The notes under the pieces were generated by a model that saw nothing but the letters and a program-made list of their open reading frames with translations, made no database searches and was not told the origin of the DNA. A DNA stretch of 64,000 nucleotides, taken from NCBI GenBank assembly GCA_002269645.1, contig NIVC01000075.1, positions 62,001 to 126,000 of the forward strand, read 5' to 3'. Origin of the DNA: Macrostomum lignano (lineage: Eukaryota). Below are positions 49,645 to 64,000 of this stretch, in pieces. Each line of letters starts with the position of its first letter. Within the stretch, counting starts at the first letter, position 1. A program made the translations under genes and the position numbers.

Positions 49645-50364
49645 ACTGTCTCACCCGCTGTCTCACCCTGCTGTCTCACCCTGCTGTCTCACCCTTCTGT
49701 CTCACCCTATACTGTCTCACCCTATACTGTCTCACCCTATACTGTCTCACCCTATACTGTCTCACCCTATACTGTCTCACCCTATACTGTCTCACCCTAT
49801 ACTGTCTCACCCTATACTGTCTCACCCTATACTGTCTCACCCTATACTGTCTCACCCTATACTGTCTCACCCTATACTGTCTCACCCTATACTGTCTCAC
49901 CCTATACTGTCTCACCCTATACTGTCTCACCCTATACTGTCTCACCCTATACTGTCTCACCCTATACTGTCTCACCCTATACTGTCTCACCCTATACTGT
50001 CTCACCCTATACTGTCTCACCCTATACTGTCTCACCCTATACTGTCTCACCCTATACTGTCTCACCCTATACTGTCTCACCCTATACTGTCTCACCCTAT
50101 ACTGTCTCACCCTATACTGTCTCACCCTATACTGTCTCACCCTATACTGTCTCACCCTATACTGTCTCACCCTATACTGTCTCACCCTATACTGTCTCAC
50201 CCTATACTGTCTCACCCTATACTGTCTCACCCTATACTGTCTCACCCTATACTGTCTCACCCTATACTGTCTCACCCTATACTGTCTCACCCTATACTGT
50301 CTCACCCTATACTGTCTCACCCTATACTGTCTCACCCTATACTGTCTCACCCTATACTGTCTCA
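49645..50364. repeat. 15-bp minisatellite (CTGTCTCACCCTATA), ~44 perfect copies from 49697
   Basis: Read directly. Confidence 0.98.
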
Positions 50365-50769
50365 TTGCTTTGAACAGGCAAACCACTAACTGTACAGGTA
50401 GGATAGCCCAAAAATCCATAGACATAAAAATAGTGTCAGTGATGCCAACAAAGACTAGGTAACCCATGGAACCCATGGAACCCAGAGACAAAGCTGATGC
50501 CCAATGCAATTCAAATGAATTTCCTAAAGTTTGTTTTCTTTTCTAATGAACGATTAATCTTATCAGTTATGATTTATGCTTCAGAATTCTTATTCTGTTT
50601 TTTTCTATTTTTGGGGTCAGCACGTCTCCGGTTTGGCAGGAAAATGTTTCTTGGAATGTCGATGGAATTTGCCTGGAGGCATGACATAACAGTTTTGCAA
50701 ATAAAGTGATAGCCTGTGTCATCCAGGTGTCAAGCATATCAATTTTGACAGCCATGCATAGTTAGGTTA

Positions 50770-51560
50770 TGGGTCAGTTATGGTTTTGTGATGGGTCAGT
50801 GATGGATCAGTAATGGGTCAGTGATGGGTCAGTGATGGGTCAGTGATGTGTCAGGGATGGCTGTCAGTGACGGATCACCAGTCAGTGATGTGTCAGTGAT
50901 GGGTCAGTGATGGCTGTCAGTGACGGATGTCAGTCAGTGATGGGTCAGTGATGGTTGTCAGTGACGGATCATCAGTCAGTGATGTGTTAGTGATGGCCGT
51001 CAGTGACGAATCATCAGTCAGTGATAGGTCAGTGATGGGTCAGTGATAGGTCAGTGGTAGGTCGGTGATAGGTCAGTGATGGGTCAGTGATAGGTCAGTG
51101 ATAGGTCAGTGATGGGTCAGTGATAGGTCAGCGGTAGGTCGGTGATAAGTCAGTGATGGATCAGTAATGGGTCAGTGATAGGTCAGTGATGTGTCAGTAA
51201 TGTGTCAGGGATGGCTGTCAGTGACGAATCATCAGTCAGTGATGTGTCAGTAATGTGTCAGGGATGGCTGTCAGTGACGAATCATCAGTCAGTGATGTGT
51301 CAGTAATGTGTCAGGGATGGCTGTCAGTGACGAATCATCAGTCAGTGATGTGTCAGTAATGTGTCAGGGATGGCTGTCAGTGACGGATCACCAGTCAGTG
51401 ATGTGTCAGTGATGGGTCAGTGATGGCTGTCAGTGACGAATCATCAGTCAGTGATGTGTCAGTGATGGCCGTCAGTGACGAATCATCAGTCAGTGATGGG
51501 TCAGTGATGGGTCAGTGATAGGTCAGTGGTAGATCAGTAATGGGTCAGTGATAGGTGAGT
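50770..51560. repeat. 11-bp-based composite repeat (GGGTCAGTGAT / CAGTGACGAATCATCAGT)
   Basis: Read directly. Confidence 0.9.
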
Positions 51561-52237
51561 TTTGTTTAACTATACTAATAACAATGTGTAAGGTAAAGCG
51601 CCAACTTTGAAGTGCAGTGCAATAACGAGTGTAAAGTACAAATCAAGTTAGAAACAAGCTTATTTATGCCTAAATATCTGTCAATCAGTCTTACACGCAT
51701 GCTTTCCCAGCGCACTGTATAAGACTTCAATTGCTAAACAAAACAACATATTGGCCTCCATGCCTGGCCCATCCTTAACTGCCGTAAATCCTGGCTGGGC
51801 CCTCGGCTCTGACGCAGAGTGATAAAAAAGTTTGGCTCATAATTTTTTACTCGATTTTCTCCATCCGCCCGCCCAGCGTCCCCCCCCCCTACCAAACCTC
51901 GGTGCTGTTTCAGCAAACAATTCGACGGATAGAAAGCGAAATTCGAGGCGAAGAGTGGAATCTGGCTGTCTGGCTGTGTGTCTGACCTGCCCGGTGCTAT
52001 TATACACCTTGTGTGTATGCATAGGTCATACTGTGTATTGTGTGTGTCCACAATAATAGAGTCAGTGCAACAGCTTTGTGCATGAAGCTTTAAACGTGCG
52101 TATGGGCTGAGCCGAAAATTGTATTGGCAAACAGCAGTGCGCCATGGAAGGTATGACTCTTATTTCATCTCATCTCATCTCCAGCTGCCGCGTCTTTCTG
52201 TGTTTGCGCCCTAGTGTTGGACTATGAAATTGGCCGC

Positions 52238-54456
<2,219 letters not shown>

Positions 54457-54524
54457 GTAGGCGCATCAACAAAGAGCGTTATGTCATTAAACAAGCGATT
54501 CCATTATCGCACCTTGCCTGCGTT

Positions 54525-54750
54525 TTGCACCAGCAATTGGTGGATAATTGGCTGTTTGTAGGGATCCATAAAGAAATGCGCTAGATCAAAGGCGGGCAGA
54601 CACTTAAGTGCTCAGCGGGCGGCCACTGCCACTGTAATAACTATTATTAAGAATCGTGTTGGGGAGTTTTCGACTCCAACTGGGAGTTTTCATACGCGAG
54701 CCGAATTCCGGCAGTGCTGGGGAAGCAAAAACTAATGAATTAATTAGTCA
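54525..54750. promoter_or_regulatory. Putative enhancer upstream of islet
   Basis: TCF/LEF site AGATCAAAGG at 54583-54592, palindromic CACTTAAGTG at 54601-54610, ACTAATGAATTAATTAGT at 54731-54748, and TAATTG. Confidence 0.4.
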
Positions 54751-55829
54751 GACCCGAGAGCCATCCGCACGGCGGCGGGTCATGCTGGGGAGCATATGGG
54801 AGCACTTAATGGGATGCGGGTGGCCCACCCGTAGAGCTCGGAGAGTCAAGTGTTGGGTTTGGCAAGTCCCCCAGTTTTTTCGCCTCTCCTATATTGTTTT
54901 GCCAGTCCAGATAGTGAGCCTCCAATAAAAGCATTTAGCACATTATTTCACCGGCAGTGAAGTGACCACAGCGACCTTGTAGTGTACTTAGTAAGGTAGG
55001 AAGGCTTCGAAGAAATTAGTTTGAACTCCAGCTAGTCTAGTGGAACACCTGTCAGCTTGAGCTGCAGATGCGCGTAATCGGATAAGATCTGCTGAATAAG
55101 ACTCCTCATGGTGTATGAGATGAAGGATCAATCCATCTTTTATAGCGTATAAATAGAGCGCTTCGGTACCGGGATCCTGAGCGCTAACAAAGACTTCAAG
55201 TTGAGTCTAAGATTATAATGTTAGCTGATCCTCAGATCAGATGGCTGAGCAGCCAGTGGCCTTCATATATATAATCCTGTATATACTACGTATTACTATT
55301 TTAATCCTTACAAACTGTTACTGAAGCTGTGTTCATTTTGAGTTGGGACTGCCACCAAAGCTCAAAGTTTACACGACTGCGTCAAAAATGCCAAATATTT
55401 GCTCAAAGAATTACTATAGGGCTACCTTAAACAAATGCTATATGCAAAGTCCTTTGAGCTTGCGTATCCCGACACACAAAGACTAATAAAAACAAAGAGT
55501 TCCTTTAGTCTTGGTAGACGGAAAAATTCAAATAACAACACAATATCGGATCCGAGGAGACGAGAACCATTCTTGTTTAAATAGTGATTGAACCAGTGAA
55601 ATGAAGGCAGTGAAATAACCTGGTCTACTGGTTTGTTCGGTTCATTTAACCTACGTGATTTGAGCGAGATTTTTTAAGACTCAGTTTTTAATTATATTAT
55701 TTTGTCCAACTATTGATTTAACGTTTCTGGTCGCCTCTCAGTTTGGTTGCTTATTGCGGTTTTACTATGATCTGAGTCTGTAGAACCGATATTTTCCAAC
55801 TTAGGGCTCACAAAAATAGAAAAAAGATA

Positions 55830-56400
55830 GGAAACGAGAGAGAGAGAGATCAGACATTCCAGACAAGAGGAGATGCAGTTGAGACAGAGAAGAGAGAGTG
55901 TAGAATAGAGTTCAGACAGAGGTCAAAGCGAGATAAGAGAAATGAGGAATGTATCTCAGAGAGATGAGGGAAATATTGGAAAGGAAGAGATCAGTGAGGA
56001 ACCTGAGAAATCTGAGAGATCAGAGGAACCTGAGAGATGAGAAGAGATGAAAGAGGAATCTGAGAAATCTGAGAGATCAGAGGAACCTGAGAGATGAGAA
56101 GAGATGAAAGAGGAACCTGAGAAATCTGAGAGATCAGAGGAACCTGAAAGATGAGAAGAGATGAAAGAGGAACCTGAAAGATGAGCAGAGATGAGAGAGG
56201 AACCTAAGGAATCTGAGAGATCAGAGGAACCTGAGAGATGAGAAGAGATGAGAGAGGAACCTGAGAAATCTGAGAGATCAGAGGAACCTGAGAGATGAGA
56301 AGACATAAGAGAGGAACCTGAGATATCAGAGAGATTAGAGAGGAGAACCTGAGAGATCAGAGATATCAGAGAGGAACCTGGGAGTTCAGAGAGGCTGAGA
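55830..56400. repeat. Purine-rich repeat (GAGATCAGAGGAACCTGAGAGATGAGAA)
   Basis: Read directly. Confidence 0.88.
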
Positions 56401-56927
56401 GTAGAGGTCGGTGACAGAGCCAGCCCAGTGAAAGCGGAGCCGCAGTCCCAGTGCCAGCCAGAAGCTGCACTACCCTTCCTGGGGTCAGTTCGCCTGCTAT
56501 TGGCTGAGCCGCTCCCACAGCCGTCGCCGCCAGGCCAGCCAGCCAATGCCAACCCTGCTGTTGCCTCAGCCAGCCCGCTGTCCCGCTCCTCAGAGGTCTG
56601 CTCGGCTATTCGACGACGAGGGGACTGGCGAAGGGGAATGAGGCATCCCCTCGGAGGAGGATGGCGGCTGGGGTGGGCCTGGATGTGTAAAGCCTTTTAG
56701 TCTGGGGTGGAGACAGAGGCGCTGTTTGCCCCCCACAGCAGCGAAATAAAATATGAATTGAGGATTCGAACGGAGCTGAGGAGAAGAATAGCCGGAACTG
56801 CAGGTTGAGCTGAACGACGCTACAGCAGCCCCATTAAAGAGCATATCGATAAAACCTGACCCCGCTTCTCTGTCTGGAAGGTGCGACCGAGGATTAACAA
56901 GGCTTCTACGGAGCCGCGATTGCAGCT

Positions 56928-56949
56928 ATGACTATTGGAGCACTGGAAG
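56928..56949 (+). CDS. isl1: Islet LIM-homeobox gene, probable coding exon 1 (MTIGALE-G)
   Basis: ATG at 56928; donor GAAG|GTAGGA in phase 1, compatible with the exon-2 acceptor; vertebrate ISL1 is recalled to have a similarly short first coding exon. The exon-2 ATG (57988) is an alternative start. Confidence 0.5.
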
Positions 56950-56957
56950 GTAGGAAT

Positions 56958-57520
<563 letters not shown>

Positions 57521-57985
57521 ACTAAAAATCCATATATCTAATTAATTTAATATAACCAGTTTGCCTCGCAGTCAGCGAGCTCACAATACCTGCATGCCTG
57601 GCATCCCTATCCGCACAGAAAGCACATGAAACTGTGCGTGATTCGAACGCAAACTTTAAATGCGGGTCTTGCATCGAACATTTATTTCCTCCTCCAGATT
57701 TCTGGTTGTGGCCAAAATCCTAATTAAAATAATGCCCAGTTAATAGTGAAGGCTCTCACGGTACGCGCTGAACCATCAATTGTACAGTTCTCATCGAGTT
57801 TTGCCGCGAGGCTTCTAAAGTTGCGTGATTCAATTTCTAGTTAATGCGCAGCGAAGTTATACTCGTATGCGTAAAGCTAATGAAACAGTAAATGGACAAC
57901 AGAATTATCATTATGAGTTAACTTGGTTGCACCAAGCCTATCAGACTCAAACTGTATTACCTTCATCTTTACCTTTGTACTGCAG

Positions 57986-58013
57986 GCATGAGACCAGGAA
58001 CTCAGACTCAGCA

Positions 58014-58045
<32 letters not shown>

Positions 58046-58412
58046 CACCAATGCCACCTGGTCCATCGCAGTCGCAGCATCAGCCGCTGCCCCTTCTGCC
58101 TCTTCTGCCACCGCAGCAGCAGCAGCAGCAGCAGCAGCCGCCGCAGCCTCTCATGCCAACATCCCAGTCGCTGCACTATTTATCTGAGTACAATCGGGAT
58201 CACTCCACACCGAGTCGCCTCCCTGCTCCCATGTGCTCTCTGTGCGCAGGCTGCGGTGACGTCATCACCGATCCCTACATTTTGCGGGTGCAGCCCGACC
58301 TGGAGTGGCACGCCAGGTGTTTGAAATGCGCCGAGTGCTCGGCTGAGCTAAACGAAGCCAGGACCTGCTATGTTCGTGATGGAAAAACCTATTGCAAGGC
58401 CGACTATTGCAG
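57986..58412 (+). CDS. isl1: Islet coding exon 2: polyQ region + LIM1
   Basis: Acceptor TTTGTACTGCAG|GC; [32 protein letters not shown]...[15 protein letters not shown] is Islet-type LIM1; donor AG|GTTAGA (phase 2). Confidence 0.93.
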
Positions 58413-58519
58413 GTTAGACTTCTGGGATGGGATATCTATGATGGCGGGGTGATAGACTATCTAGGGGGAGATAAGTACAATCATGTATGATCCATTACGG
58501 CCGAGAGGAAGGCCGAGAC

Positions 58520-59070
58520 CACCTATCCAGGGTGAGAGGTAGACAAAAAGAGCTAGAGGTAGACAGAGAGCATCTATCGAGGGCGAAAAGTAGACAGAGA
58601 GAGTCTATCGAGGGTGGAGAGATAGACAGAAGCGCCTATCTAGAGTGAGAGGTGGACAGAGATCTAGGGTGAGAGGTAGACAGATCTAGGGTGAGAGGTG
58701 GACAGAAATCTAGGGTAAGAGGTAGACAGAGATCAAAGTGAGAGGTAGACAGAAATCTAGGGTAAGAGGTAGACAGAGATCTAGGGTGAGAGGTAGACAG
58801 AGATCTAGGGTAAGAGGTAGACAGAGATCTAGGGTGAGAGGTAAATAGAAATCTAGGGTGAGAGTTAAATAGAAATCTAGGGTGAGAGGTAACCAGAGAT
58901 CTAGTAGACAGAGATCTAGGGTAAGGGGTGGACAGAGATCTAGGGTAAGGGGTAGACAGAGGTATAGGGTGAGAGGTAGACAGAGGTCTAGGGTGAGAGG
59001 TAGACAGAGATCTAGGGTCAGAGGTAGACAGAGAGCGCCTATCTAGAGTGAGAGGTAGACAGAGATCTAG
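58520..59070. repeat. ~24-bp minisatellite (TCTAGGGTGAGAGGTAGACAGAGA) in islet intron 2
   Basis: Read directly. Confidence 0.92.
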
Positions 59071-60419
59071 GGCGAGGCGAGAGGTAGCTGCCTGCTTACT
59101 ATGTGAAGATTGTTGCCGCCGTCAAGAACCATTAATTACTGTAATTAGCATCAAGCTGAACTGAGCTGAGGGGTATCATACGCAAATAAAAAACTTGTGT
59201 GATTTATTAAAGACTAGCGACAAAATAGAATCGATAGGGAAAAACAGGATCAAAGAAAATGTCAAATGGTCGTGGCAGCAATCGGCATCATCATCCATTG
59301 CTCAGCTTCCGGCACTCTGTAATTTGCAGTTTTTACACGCTTCAGTTTCACTCGGGCCGCCTTTATTCCTGCTTCTGCTGTTGTTGATTTCACTGAAAAG
59401 CTGAGAGGCGGGGAAAAAAGAACAAAAACGAGAGATTTTGATTGATTGACAGGTGCTCGTGTGCGAGTTGCAGAAGTTGCAGGTTATGGGCGCCCTGGAC
59501 CAGCTGGCAGAACACACTTGGCCTAATTAGTAGACAATAGTAGTTTTACAGCAGCACTGAGAACACTGAGAGCAGTGCCGGACCACACAGATTGTCTTGG
59601 GAATGTCAGCACCGCGCCACCCCCCTGTTATAAAGATCTAAGAGAAAAAAAGTAGAGATTTGTGCTCAAAGAAGATTCTTATTGAGCAGTTTAATTATTA
59701 GCAACAAGTGGATGCGGGCACTGTGAGTAGCCTTTGGATGCTGCTGAACAAGAGGTTATTCAGGCTCCACTGGGTCGGCGCGTGCAGGGCTCAAGCGAGG
59801 CATTGGGGCAGAAAACGATGATCTTCTCACTGTCAGCCACTACTTTAGAGAGGCCCCCTGCTGTGCCAGTTTCTTAGCTGCTTCGCTGAAATTATCGGCT
59901 AGAGAAGATACTCAGTGGTAGGTATTCTATGCTGTATTTATTTGTAATAAATAATTCTAATAAGTTGTAGTTTTAATTGTTAAAATAGTGGTAGGTAGCC
60001 AAATAGAATAACAGTTCACTAATAATACTAATAACCGTTAAGTAACGCGGAGTCACTGCACCGGGAGTCTGTGTTACAGGATGCATGGGATCCGGAAACT
60101 GAGGGCGTGAATAAGGATTAACAATACTGCACCAGCTTAACCAGAAAGGGATTATGGCTCAAATAGTTCTCACACTATGGGTTAGTGTGCTCCCGCTTAC
60201 TTGAGTAGGGAAGAGAAATCAAGCTGCCACAGCACCTGAATTTTCCCTCTTAATTCCTCTCTGATTTTGCTTGGGGCTGGGCTTAGCTGCCCCATCTGTT
60301 ACTTGAACTGCGGTGAGCTGATGTTCTTTAACTCTGCACTCTTTGCACATCTCATCTTGAAATATTAGCTGGTAATATACTGCCCAGCTTTGCCTGCCTC
60401 TCCCACAATTCTTCTCGTC

Positions 60420-61570
60420 TCATCCATAATCTCTACCATCTCTATCTCTCTCCCAATCTCTCCACCTCTCTTTCAGTCTCTCTCCACCTCTCTCTGTCTC
60501 TCTCTACCTCTCACAGTCTCTCTCCACCTCTCTCTCAGTCTCTCTCCTCCTCTCTCTCAGTCTCTCTCCACCTCTCTCTCAGTCTCTCTCCTCCTCTCTC
60601 TCAGTCTCTCTCCACCTCTCTCTCAGTCTCTCTCCTCCTCTCTCTCAGTCTCTCTCCACATCTCTCTCAGTCTCTCTCCTCCTCTCTCTCAGTCTCTCTC
60701 CACCTCTCTCTCAGTCTCTCTCCTCCTCTCTCTCAGTCTCTCTCCACCTCTCTCTCAGTCTCTCTCCACCTCTCTCTCAGTCTCTCTCCTCCTCTCTCTC
60801 AGTCTCTCTCCACCTCTCTCTCAGTCTCTCTCCTCCTCTCTCTCAGTCTCTCTCCACCTCTCTCTCAGTCTCTCTCCACCTCTCTCTCAGTCTCTCTCCA
60901 CCTCTCTCTCAGTCTCTCTCCTCCTCTCTCTCAGTCTCTCTCCACCTCTCTCTGTCTCTCTCCACCTCTCTCTCAGTCTCTCTCCACCTCTCTCTCAGTC
61001 TCTCTCCACCTCTCTATGTCTCTCTCTACCTCTCTCTGTCTCTCCCCACCTCTCTCTGTCTCTCTCCACCTCTCTCTCAGTCTCTCCCCACCTCTCTCTG
61101 TCTCTCTCCACCTCTCTCTCAATCTCTCTCCACCTCTCTCTCAATCTCTCTCCACCTCTCTCTCAGTCTCTCTCCTCCTCTCTCTCAGTCTCTCTCCACC
61201 TCTCTCTCAGTCTCTCTCCACCTCTCTCTCAGTCTCTCTCCACCTCTCTCTCAGTCTCTCTCCTCCTCTCTCTCAGTCTCTCTCCACCTCTCTCTGTCTC
61301 TCTCCACCTCTCTCTCAGTCTCTCTCCACCTCTCTCTCAGTCTCTCTCCACCTCTCTATGTCTCTCTCTACCTCTCTCTGTCTCTCCCCACCTCTCTCTG
61401 TCTCTCTCCACCTCTCTCTCAGTCTCTCCCCACCTCTCTCTGTCTCTCTCCACCTCTCTCTCAATCTCTCTCCACCTCTCTCTCAATCTCTCTCCACCTC
61501 TCTCTCAGTCTCTCTCCACCTCTCTCTCAGTCTCTCTACCTCTCTCCCAATCTCTCTCTACTTCTCTCCC
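60420..61570. repeat. ~1.15-kb polypyrimidine repeat (CTCTCTCCACCTCTCTCTCAGT)
   Basis: Read directly. Confidence 0.96.
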
Positions 61571-62084
61571 TAACTCACTCCATATCTATTGAGCTGCGTC
61601 AATTCTATCTTAATTCTTGCTCTTAGCAGCGCTAACAATTCCATGATGTTTAGCATTATCAGTCAGCTAAATGCATGCATAGGTTGTATATTAGCATTTC
61701 AACCGGCTCAATAGCTACTAAATCTCAACGGCAAAATTCAATACAATTTTAAAACCCGCATCGGCTCGAATGCTTTAAGAAAATAATTTGCCAAATCAAA
61801 TGCAGATAATGACTGATTTGTTGTGCTATCAGTGAGTAATTGGGAGCGAGAATAGGTGGACAAAACGTGATTTCATCCGTCTGTGATAGCTGTAGCCTGC
61901 ATAGACCTCTGAATGCTTGTTGGCACGCGAGCTGCTGTATGGATTTCTTGTCCAGGCAAGCTGGGAGAAATTGGCTGAAACAGAATTCAATGGGTTTCCT
62001 AACCTCAATGGGAATGCTGCGCGAGACCTGTTTCAAGTCACACCCAGATCTGCAAGTATAGGACACTCTAAATCATGTCTGTCA

Positions 62085-62825
62085 GGTACACATCTAGCAG
62101 ACACACATCTATCAGGCACACATCTATCAGGCACACATCTATCAGACACATCTATCAGGCACAGAAATATCAGACACACATCTATCAGACACACATCTAC
62201 CAGACACACATCTATCAGGCACACATATATCAGACACATCTATCAGGCACAGATCTATCAGGCACAGATCTATCAGACACATCTACCAGACACACATCTA
62301 TCAGACACAAATCTATCAGGCACACATCTATCAGACACACATCTATCAGACACATCTATCAGACACAGATCTATCAGGCACAGATCTATCAGACACACAT
62401 CTATCAGGCACAGATCTATCAGACACATCTATCAGGCACAGAAATATCAGACACACATCTATCAGACACATCTACCAGACACACATCTATCAGACACAAA
62501 TCTATCAGGCACACATCTATCAGACACACATCTATCAGACACACATCTATCAGACACACATCTATCAGGCACAGATCTATCAGGCACAGATCTATCAGAC
62601 ACACATCTATCAGGCACAGATCTATCAGACACACATCTATCAGGCACAGATCTATCAGACACACATCTATCAGACACACATCTATCAGACACACATCTAT
62701 CAGACACACATCTATCAGACACACATCTATCAGGCACACATCTATCAGACACACATCTATCAGGCACACATCAACAGGCACACATCTATCAGACAGACAT
62801 CTATCAGGCACAGATCTATCAGACC
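62085..62825. repeat. 13/15-bp minisatellite (CACACATCTATCAGA) at the 3' end of islet intron 2
   Basis: Read directly. Confidence 0.95.
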
Positions 62826-62845
62826 CAGTTCAACGCCACTCACAG

Positions 62846-63231
62846 ACTGTTCGCGAACCGCTGCGCCAAATGTGACATCGCATTCTCCAAGACGGACTTC
62901 GTGATGAGAGCGAGATCCAAGGTGTACCACATCGACTGCTTCCGCTGCTACACCTGTTCCCGGCAACTCATACCTGGCGAAGAGTTCGCGGTCAGAAACG
63001 ACAGTCTCCTCTGTCGAGCAGATTTCGACGCGATGGAGCTGTTGTCAAAGTCCCCCATGCTGCCGTCCGTTGATTCTGAGCCGGCCAATTTTAGCAACAA
63101 CTCCGGATTGAACAACAACAACAACAGCTCCAAAGTGCTAAACAACAACAACAACAACAACAACAACAGTAGCAATAACAACAGTGGGAGCAGGGACAGC
63201 ATTCACGAGCAGGATCTGGACAGCCGGGACG
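62846..63231 (+). CDS. isl1: Islet coding exon 3: LIM2 + poly-N linker; homeodomain exon(s) beyond the window
   Basis: Acceptor CACTCACAG|A in phase 2 gives [48 protein letters not shown] (Islet LIM2); donor GACG|GTAAGT. Confidence 0.93.
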
Positions 63232-63394
63232 GTAAGTTGCATAGAGACATTTTGCTCTGGAGTATGGGTATCTCTCATTGAATCTGCATTGATAATTTCA
63301 TCTATATTATCTTATTTGTAAATATAGTAATTAGATTATCCTCAAAAAGGACCACCCCCCCCTAAAATCTACCAGAGCTTCTCCGTGAAATTTT

Positions 63395-63675
63395 CACAAA
63401 ATTCCCTTGGGAATCTTCCTCAAAATAATCTCCCATGAGACATGAGAATCTCATCCCCAAGATAATCTCCCATCCCATGAGAATCTCGTTCTCAAGAAAA
63501 CCTTCCAATAGAATCTCCTCCCCTAGATAATCTCCATTGATTCTTCCTCAAGAAAACCCCCCTTGAGAATCTAATCTCCTTCGAGAATCTCCCTTGAGAA
63601 TCTCTTGAATGTCTTCTACCCTAAAAGTCTCAATTAAGAATAACTTTTGAGAGTCTTCCTCCGGGAATCTCCAAA
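63395..63675. repeat. Degenerate GAGAATCTC repeats in islet intron 3
   Basis: Recurrent (G)AATCTCC motifs. Confidence 0.65.
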
Positions 63676-64000
63676 CACAGATGCCAGCTTTGCCACTTCA
63701 AAGCGCACTTGCTTCAAACAGACTCAGTCAGAGGTATCTCGGAGATTTCCAAGTTGCCTCCAGAAGGCAGACTGTTTATTCAAATCCTAGGAGGTCAAGC
63801 CTGCAGGCTGGACTTCAATGCCCGCCCCCTGGGATCTTAGGGGGTGGCGACGAAATGGGGAATTAATATTTCATAGTTCGAGCATCAGAAAACGTTTGCC
63901 AAAAAATTACTAATTCTAGGCTGCGGCCCCTTTAATCTCTCTGTGTCTCTGTCCAACTTTCTGCGGATAATTTTTTCTGGTGGGCACTGCCGGAGCCACT

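Noticed and set aside
56428-56700. 90-aa ORF as islet exon 1
   Set aside because: It ends in a stop with no suitable donor; the region more likely holds promoter or 5' UTR (CCAAT motifs at 56499 and 56543), which is itself unproven.

Overview
This is animal genomic DNA, not prokaryotic: it has GT-AG spliced genes, TTAGGG repeats and a very high simple-repeat load. The style suggests a repeat-rich invertebrate such as the flatworm Macrostomum, but that is inference only. Left 22.8 kb: nested mobile DNA. A non-autonomous Helitron-like element (hairpin + CTAG|T 3' end) carries a ~23-bp satellite and TTAGGG repeats. It occurs twice (<1-5066 and ~21377-22821), and the first copy interrupts the pol gene of a Ty3/Gypsy element. 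That Gypsy element has an extra 291-aa ORF with its own TATA promoter between pol and the PPT/LTR. A second, decayed Gypsy element lies on the minus strand (~12.6-20.4 kb), with a small pre-gag ORF whose homologue recurs at 10.7-10.9 kb. Middle: a complete 3-exon TMEM168 orthologue (22995-28602) with a satellite-filled intron. Right: a ~28-kb gene-poor region of satellites and putative enhancers, then the first three coding exons of an Islet-class LIM-homeobox gene (56928-63231; the homeodomain exon lies beyond the window). Most long ORFs in the supplied track beyond 32 kb are translations of tandem repeats. No CRISPR array, rRNA or intact tRNA was found. All alignments were done by eye and protein comparisons are from memory of the families; no database was searched.
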